From NCBI GenBank assembly GCA_934454145.1, contig CAKSFT010000006.1, positions 65,149 through 129,148 on the forward strand: a stretch of 64,000 nt of DNA, read 5' to 3'. Below are positions 58,918 through 64,000 of this stretch, piece after piece. This DNA comes from an uncultured Clostridia bacterium (GTDB lineage: Bacteria > Bacillota > Clostridia > UBA1381). The translations under genes were made by a program, and so were the position numbers. Below the pieces are notes generated by a model that saw nothing but the letters and a program-made list of their open reading frames with translations, did not search any database and had not been told where the DNA came from. The stretch's first letter is position 1, and every line of letters starts with the position of its first letter.

Positions 58918-59763
58918 TTAAAACTCAACCTCCATACCGTCATACGACGTTATGATGCCGGATTTCTTTGCGATTTCCGAAAATTCTTCATACAACATAT
59001 CGGCACCGTTGTGTGAAAAATGGTTTGAACAAAAGATTGTATTTTCATCTGCCGCGCCTATTTCCTTCAGGCGGTTCATGACGCGTATATTGTCATTCAG
59101 ATTCATATGCCCCACATACGTCATCGCCGGGTCATTTGCCTGTGTGCAGTCAAGGGAAACAAAATTCAGCTTTATGCCGCTTTTTTCAAAAAACTCCCAC
59201 ACTTCTTCGCAAAAATAGTTTGTGTCATGTGCATAGAGCAATCGCTTTCCCTCTTTGTTTTCAATGATATACATAGTCGGATATGAAGTCACATCATGGG
59301 TTGCTCTCAGCGCCGTGACGGTGTGTTCTCCGATTTTTTCCGGTTTGTACAGTTCCATCGGCTTTGCACCCAGATACTTCTCCGCCTCAAAATTCATGCC
59401 GCTGACAATGGAATGAATTTTTATCATTGCGCCGTACATGCCATGGAATGTAAACACCGGTGTACGTTTTGGGGTTTGCGAATATCCGGGGAATATCGAG
59501 GGCAAATCACCCGAATAAAAATGGTCTGCATGCATGTGCGTTATCAGACAGTCCTCTATGTCCGCAAGATTGATGTTGTTGTTTATACAGTGCACAAAAG
59601 TATCGGCAGGAAAGTCAATCAGCAGCTTCCCGTCAATCAAAGCCTGCGTCCTTGTCCTTATATTTTTTCCGCCGCGTCTGTGTGCCTCTCTGCACTTTTC
59701 ACACATACAAAACATCGCCGGGATTGCCTCTGCCGCCGCCGTCCCCAAAAACCTTATTTTCAT
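58918..59763 (-). CDS. MBL-fold metallo-hydrolase (PhnP-like)
   Basis: 281 aa. HMHADH motif, with an N-terminal Cys-rich CMCEKC insert as in PhnP-like enzymes. Confidence 0.75.
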   Translation of the reverse strand: MKIRFLGTAAAEAIPAMFCMCEKCREAHRRGGKNIRTRTQALIDGKLLIDFPADTFVHCINNNINLADIEDCLITHMHADHFYSGDLPSIFPGYSQTPKRTPVFTFHGMYGAMIKIHSIVSGMNFEAEKYLGAKPMELYKPEKIGEHTVTALRATHDVTSYPTMYIIENKEGKRLLYAHDTNYFCEEVWEFFEKSGIKLNFVSLDCTQANDPAMTYVGHMNLNDNIRVMNRLKEIGAADENTIFCSNHFSHNGADMLYEEFSEIAKKSGIITSYDGMEVEF

Positions 59764-59964
59764 AAAAAACTCCTTCCGCCGCCATACACCGGCACAAATA
59801 GTAATCTAATCTTCTCTTATCCGTATGGCAAGGAATGATAAGAGATTTTATGCCCATGTATGTTTCCGGGCGTAGTGAGGAAAATGTCACACGGGCAATT
59901 AAATTCTGCCAAAGGCATAGCATGAAAGGAACTTTCATGCTATGCCGCTTCCATATTTTTTATT

Positions 59965-59993
59965 ATATTATCACACACACACCGTATTGTCAA
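59965..59993 (-). promoter_or_regulatory. Sigma-70-type promoter for the MBL gene: TTGACA, 17 nt spacer, TAATAT (minus strand)
   Basis: Reverse complement of 59988-59993 is TTGACA. Spacer is 17 nt. Reverse complement of 59965-59970 is TAATAT. Confidence 0.5.
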
Positions 59994-60039
59994 GTTTTTT
60001 TTACTGAAAATTGAAATGGAATACATATTATAAAAAAGC

Positions 60040-60065
60040 AAAGAGGCTGTTTAAACAGCCTCTTT
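60040..60065 (-). terminator. Intrinsic terminator after the ferredoxin gene
   Basis: AAAGAGGCTG-tttaaa-CAGCCTCTTT, followed on the minus strand by GCTTTTTT. Confidence 0.7.
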
Positions 60066-60082
60066 CAAGCTTTATTTTCAAA

Positions 60083-60253
60083 TTATGCCTGTTCCGGCGC
60101 GCCTACAGGGCAAGTATCTGCACAAGCTCCGCATTCGATGCAGGTAGCTTCGTCAATAACATAAGCAGCATCACCTTCTGAAATAGCGCTTACAGGACAT
60201 GCATCTGCACAAGCTCCGCAGCTGATGCATGCATCACTGATTTTATATGCCAT
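60083..60253 (-). CDS. fdx: 2x[4Fe-4S] clostridial-type ferredoxin (56 aa)
   Basis: Below the ORF-track length cut-off. My translation is MAYKISDACISCGACADACPVSAISEGDAAYVIDEATCIECGACADTCPVGAPEQA, with two CxxCxxCxxxCP motifs. AAGGAGG lies 8 nt upstream. Confidence 0.9.
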   Translation of the reverse strand: MAYKISDACISCGACADACPVSAISEGDAAYVIDEATCIECGACADTCPVGAPEQA

Positions 60254-60389
60254 ACGAGAACACCTCCTTAAAAAAATACATTATACCCTTTGGTTTGACT
60301 GCAAACTTTACGTTTTCAGAAACATAGACCGTATCAAATGTGAGTATATAATTTCTATGTTCGTCCTCATTATAACATATTAATTTTAT

Positions 60390-61262
60390 TTATTCAAGTT
60401 TTTTTAGCATTTCTTCATCAATTTTTTCTCCTTTTTGTTCGTGGCGTCTGCCGCCTTTCAAAACTTTCACTTTTTTTACGGGATATTCCTGCAATGCCTT
60501 TTCCTTGTTGTCGTCAATCTTCACCTTCACCATGCCGCGCAAAAGGTTTACACTCTCAACCTCACCCTTGCCGTCGGGCGTCCTCACAACAGCGCCCACC
60601 CTCGGTGTGATGCGCAAAAGCTCTTCATAGTTTTCCTGTTCATATTTCAGGCAGCACATCAGCCTGCCGCATGCGCCCGAGATTTTTGCCGGGTTCAGGC
60701 TCAGCCCCTGTTCCTTTGCCATCTTTATCGACACCGGCTCAAATTCCCCCAAAAACTGTGTGCAGCAAAGCGCCCTTCCGCATACGCCTATGCTCCCGAT
60801 GCTTTTGGTTTCGTCCCTCACGCCAATCTGGCGCAGCTCTATTCTTATCTTAAAAATTGCCGCCAAATCTTTTACCAAATCGCGGAAATCCACACGTCCG
60901 TCGGCAGTGAAGTAAAACAGCACCTTGCTCCCGTCAAAGGTATATTCTACCTCTACAAGCTTCATTTCAAGCCCATGCTTTTTTATCTGCTCGTTGCAGA
61001 TTGCAAAAGCATTTTTTTCCTTCTGCTTGTTGTTGTTTCTTATCTGCATATCCTTTTCATTTGCGACACGTATGACACTCTTAAGCGGTTTCACAACTCT
61101 TTCCTTATTGATTTCGCACGGGGCTATGACAACCTCGCCCAGTTCTGTCCCGCGTGCCGTTTCCACAACGACAAAACCGCCCTTTTTTATTTCATAATCC
61201 GCCGGGTCAAAGTAATATACCTTCCCCGCGGTCTTAAAGCGTACTCCTACAATCTTAGTCAT
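60390..61262 (-). CDS. ricT: PSP1-domain protein RicT (YaaT, stage 0 sporulation protein)
   Basis: 290 aa. VGVRFKTAGKVYYFDP...GRLMCCLKYE and Cys-rich PSP1 core. Confidence 0.88.
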   Translation of the reverse strand: MTKIVGVRFKTAGKVYYFDPADYEIKKGGFVVVETARGTELGEVVIAPCEINKERVVKPLKSVIRVANEKDMQIRNNNKQKEKNAFAICNEQIKKHGLEMKLVEVEYTFDGSKVLFYFTADGRVDFRDLVKDLAAIFKIRIELRQIGVRDETKSIGSIGVCGRALCCTQFLGEFEPVSIKMAKEQGLSLNPAKISGACGRLMCCLKYEQENYEELLRITPRVGAVVRTPDGKGEVESVNLLRGMVKVKIDDNKEKALQEYPVKKVKVLKGGRRHEQKGEKIDEEMLKKLE

Positions 61263-61740
61263 TCATATACTCCTTTATCTTCTTGACAAACTTCTCGTCC
61301 GGCTCAAACACTATGATGTTCTTTTCATTTCCGCACACAATCACCGAGGTATTTTTGCGGCTGAATATGCTTGAGCACAGCCTGAGCTTTTTTCCCTTAA
61401 GCTTGGGGGTCTTTTTTATATACACATTCTTTATTTCATCAATAGGGATATCGTATTCCGTCACTCTGCTGCCGGTCTTTTTCTCTATCACGATGTGCTC
61501 GGAATTTATCTTATATTTGTATACCGACGCATAATAATTGTATACCCAAAACACTATCAGAACACACATCGCCGCAAGCATGATGTGCCCCGAAAGCCTT
61601 GCCGGGATTTTGCCGCCGCTTAAAAATCCCAAAAGCCCGCCCAAAAACTCGCTTATCACAATCGCCCCGAAAGCCATTGCAACAGTAATCAAAAAGCTTT
61701 TTACTCCTGCTTTATTTTCTTGTTTATACACATAAATCAC
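61255..61740 (-). CDS. Membrane protein (two N-terminal TM segments plus a ~80-aa soluble domain, possibly YdbS-like bacterial PH domain)
   Basis: 161 aa. The topology is evident from the sequence. The PH-domain idea rests on architecture only. It overlaps the ricT start by 8 nt. Confidence 0.45.
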   Translation of the reverse strand: MIYVYKQENKAGVKSFLITVAMAFGAIVISEFLGGLLGFLSGGKIPARLSGHIMLAAMCVLIVFWVYNYYASVYKYKINSEHIVIEKKTGSRVTEYDIPIDEIKNVYIKKTPKLKGKKLRLCSSIFSRKNTSVIVCGNEKNIIVFEPDEKFVKKIKEYMND

Positions 61741-61801
61741 CTCAATCTTACCCGATAATTATATTACAAAAACCCTGTCTTGTCAAGCGGAGGTCAAAAA
61801 A

Positions 61802-61842
61802 AGAGGCTGTTTAAAAAGTCAACTGACTTTTTAAACAGCTCT
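61802..61842 (-). terminator. Intrinsic terminator after the lipoprotein gene
   Basis: AGAG.CTGTTTAAAAAGTCA/TGACTTTTTAAACAG.CTCT, followed on the minus strand by a 7-nt T-run. Confidence 0.65.
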
Positions 61843-61885
61843 TGCTCTCTCTGCTTTTCTTTCATTTCGTTTTTTTACATTCTCT

Positions 61886-62854
61886 TTATTCCTTTTCCGG
61901 CAGCTTTATCCCCGGCAATGAAATGCTTATTTTTTGCGAAGCCTCGGGCTCATACCAATTTTTACCCACTCCAAAGGTAAATTCAATTTGTGAAATTTCA
62001 CTTATATCGGCAAATTCCCCTTCATACCTGTCTGCAAGGTTTGAAAGAAAAACATATGTCACATTTTTCTTTCCTGCGTTGATGCTGTCACTTGACCACA
62101 GCGAATCGTACACCTCATGCCCGTTTATAAACATATCCCTCAAAGACACATAAACCGTGTCGGAAGAATTGTTCTCCACCTCAAGCAAAAGTGACGGCTC
62201 TCCGTCAACATTTGTAAACACTGCCGAGGATGAAATGCATACATTATATTGGTTAAACAACTGCTCTTCCGAAAAATAATTCCGCACAGTGTCAAACCTT
62301 TTCTGCAATGCTCCGTTCTTCAAAACCGCACGATAGCTGTTTTTATCATAATTATACGAATCCGCGGCCGATGTTTTTATCGCCAGCGGCCCTGTATAAG
62401 TATAGTTATAATCATCATCTTTTATTGAAAACCCTATTTCCATATCGGCAATTTTGTTTATCCCGAAAACATTCAATGTGCTGAAATTATATGTAAGATT
62501 CTCTGTCTTGTTCTCGCCCGGCATAAGCTCACAATTCATATATCCGTCTTCAACCATATATCCGTTCACCGAATTGACGCTGTATCCTGCCGAACCGCAT
62601 ACAAATGACAGATTTTTATCACTGTTGTTTTCCACACTCACCGACAGCTGAGCCGAGAAATTGTCATAAGTCAGCCCGTTTGCCGTTATTTTCACTCCGT
62701 TTTCGTCATAAAGCACCGTCTGCTCAATCGTCGGCTTTGTGTCAAACTCCCCGAGTGTTGCACCTCCGCATGCCGACAGCGCCAATGCCCCGAAAAGCAT
62801 ACACACCGCCGCAAAAATACCCCTGTTTTTTCCTCTTTCACCTTTCATTTTCAT
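61886..62854 (-). CDS. Lipoprotein of unknown function with two internally similar beta-rich halves
   Basis: MKMKGERGKNRGIFAAVCMLFGALALSAC|GG is a signal peptide plus lipobox. AAAGGAGAA lies upstream of the ATG at 62854. ENNSDKNLSF...NGYMVED and ENNSSDTVYVSL...NGHEVYD suggest a duplication. Confidence 0.7.
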   Translation of the reverse strand: MKMKGERGKNRGIFAAVCMLFGALALSACGGATLGEFDTKPTIEQTVLYDENGVKITANGLTYDNFSAQLSVSVENNSDKNLSFVCGSAGYSVNSVNGYMVEDGYMNCELMPGENKTENLTYNFSTLNVFGINKIADMEIGFSIKDDDYNYTYTGPLAIKTSAADSYNYDKNSYRAVLKNGALQKRFDTVRNYFSEEQLFNQYNVCISSSAVFTNVDGEPSLLLEVENNSSDTVYVSLRDMFINGHEVYDSLWSSDSINAGKKNVTYVFLSNLADRYEGEFADISEISQIEFTFGVGKNWYEPEASQKISISLPGIKLPEKE

Positions 62855-62884
62855 CACTTCTCCTTTGTATAAATTTTTATTCAA

Positions 62885-62913
62885 GTAATTGTAAAACTGA
62901 TGTTTTACAATTA
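62885..62913. repeat. Solo family P palindrome (left-end type), 30 nt upstream of the lipoprotein ATG
   Basis: GTAATTGTAAAAC-tgat-GTTTTACAATTA. Confidence 0.65.
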
Positions 62914-62925
62914 AAATGCTGAGGT

Positions 62926-62964
62926 AAAAATAAAAAGTGTGCAGACACATCAAAGCCTGCACAC
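62926..62964 (-). terminator. Intrinsic terminator with no upstream CDS (end of a leader or sRNA)
   Basis: Minus strand: GTGTGCAG-gctttgatgtgt-CTGCACAC followed by TTTTTATTTTT. Confidence 0.6.
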
Positions 62965-63208
62965 CCAAAAATATACAGCTCCGACTGTTGCCAAACAAAA
63001 CTTTATGATACACAAATTCCTGCACATAAAATTCGGAGCATATATATTTTTGCCAAAGCAAATAAATATATGCCTGTGCATATATTTTGTGTATTATATT
63101 AAGTTTTGTTCGGCACTTGCTATTATATCTCATATTTTCTGAAAAAACAAGCAAAAAAGCAAAGGCTGTAAAAAAATCAAGGGACAAAAAGAAAAATGTC
63201 AAAAAATA

Positions 63209-63237
63209 TTGTAAATAGTGTGAAAATGTGTTATAAT
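63209..63237 (+). promoter_or_regulatory. Extended -10 promoter: TTGTAA, 17 nt spacer, (TGt)TATAAT
   Basis: TTGTAA at 63209-63214 and TATAAT at 63232-63237, preceded by TGT. Confidence 0.55.
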
Positions 63238-63284
63238 ATGTATGCTACAAACTTATAATCTATAATAGGATAGTTATAATCAAA

Positions 63285-63447
63285 TTTCAACAATTGGGGT
63301 ACACTCTATGTGAAGAGCGTACACTTCGATTATCATGCAACCCAAAAGTTGAAATTATGATTATAAGTGTGTAGCAACCTTTAACATCGAAGTCAATGCG
63401 TTTTTCAAGTGCGTGGCTCTGTGTAAAGGAGGCTACGCACTTTTTTT
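63285..63447 (+). ncRNA. Candidate structured leader or sRNA ending in an intrinsic terminator
   Basis: - TTTCAAC 63285-63291 pairs with GTTGAAA 63348-63354
- inner hairpin GTACACTCT/AGAGCGTAC
- competing TACACTT.ATTATCAT/ATGATTAT.AGTGTGTA pairing
- terminator AGTGCGTGGC 63408-63417 / GCTACGCACT 63432-63441 plus T7. Confidence 0.35.
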
Positions 63448-63609
63448 GTTTTAAAGATGCTTTCCTATAACAGCTCATGTAAAATTCGCGAATGATTTAA
63501 GAGAGTAAATATTTTTTAGAAACGGAGAGATGTGCATGAAAACAAAAATTTACTAAACGTACAAAACAAATTATAAAACCATTATCAGACAATGAAAGGA
63601 ACGAAAAAT

Positions 63610-64000
63610 ATGAAAAAATTTTTAACCAATGATATCTGTAAGAAAATCGGTATATCCGTGATTATGCTGGCAATTATGCTTTGTTCGGTATTTATTGTTT
63701 CTAAATTTGCAACTTCGCCCGAATATTATAAAGGCACCATGCAATCAATAGATGATAAAAAAGCAACAGTGATGGGGATTACTGCAGGAGCCGCAACAAC
63801 ATCCACTATTTTAGCAGCCTTTCCCGGTGATGTAACCACTCCTATTGCAAATCAAATCATGCAAATAAGTTCATATTTGATGATAGTAGTATGTGTACTT
63901 GTATTGGAAAAATCGGTATTGACTGTAATGGGATATTTAGCATTTAATATTCTGGTGCCTATTGCATGTGTGCTTTTTGGAATACATACATTTATAAGAA
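63610..64000 (+). CDS. Membrane protein of unknown function (5' part; runs off the right edge)
   Basis: ATG at 63610 with AAAGGAA 8 nt upstream. My translation is MKKFLTNDICKKIGISVIMLAIMLCSVFIVSKF...GITAGAATTSTILAAFPGD...YLMIVVCVLVLEKS..., with several TM segments. AT-rich codon choice differs from the rest of the window. Confidence 0.6.
   Translation, partial: MKKFLTNDICKKIGISVIMLAIMLCSVFIVSKFATSPEYYKGTMQSIDDKKATVMGITAGAATTSTILAAFPGDVTTPIANQIMQISSYLMIVVCVLVLEKSVLTVMGYLAFNILVPIACVLFGIHTFIR

Noticed and set aside
62855-63202. N-terminal 116-aa extension of track ORF 61886-63202.
   Set aside because: The extension is Phe/Tyr/Leu/Ile-rich junk from AT-rich DNA, and it spans a strong minus-strand terminator (62937-62964) and a family P palindrome. 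A proper SD, signal peptide and lipobox begin at the ATG at 62854.

Overview
This is a 64-kb chromosomal segment that looks like a spore-forming Clostridia-class Firmicute. That call is an inference from gene content (gpr, ricT/yaaT, a V-type ATPase, nrdDG, a clostridial-type ferredoxin) and from gene order. No similarity search was possible. All product calls rest on motifs and family signatures I recognise in the supplied translations or in my own translations.

The window is densely packed with housekeeping genes, about 58 CDS:
- a small AraC-controlled sugar oxidoreductase/isomerase cluster
- MATE efflux
- tagO-mnaA
- trpS, glnS, gltX
- the ylxM-ffh-rpsP-KH-rimM-trmD operon
- a complete 9-gene V-type ATPase operon preceded by an ACT/UPF0210 pair
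- rlmB
- the ACT-hom-thrB-lysC threonine cluster
- recJ-relA fused to yaaA-recF-remB-gyrB
- eno
- nrdD-nrdG-dut with NrdR-like boxes
- two tandem LCP genes
- corA, trxB, ricT

I saw no rRNA genes, no tRNA genes, no CRISPR array, and no transposase, integrase or recognisable defence genes.

The unusual content is non-coding:
1. A dispersed family built on the palindrome AGGTAATTGTAAAAT-N4-6-ATTTTACAATTACCT. It has two full and one truncated ~215-bp hairpin-rich MITE-like copies plus three solo palindromes. Two insertions are flanked by 12-15 bp direct duplications. Four palindromes sit 28-31 nt upstream of start codons.
2. A second repeat family that folds, on the minus strand, into a three-way-junction RNA with an overlapping intrinsic terminator. 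Its short purine-rich 5' module recurs just after the stop codons of five minus-strand genes.
3. Several candidate leaders and small genes missing from the ORF track: a 56-aa ferredoxin, a 19-aa basic micro-ORF with a consensus promoter, two terminator-containing leaders in the 62.9-63.6 kb divergent region, and a pseudoknotted leader upstream of an MBL-fold gene.

A decayed NUDIX pseudogene is also present. A visibly AT-richer segment begins near 63.2 kb.
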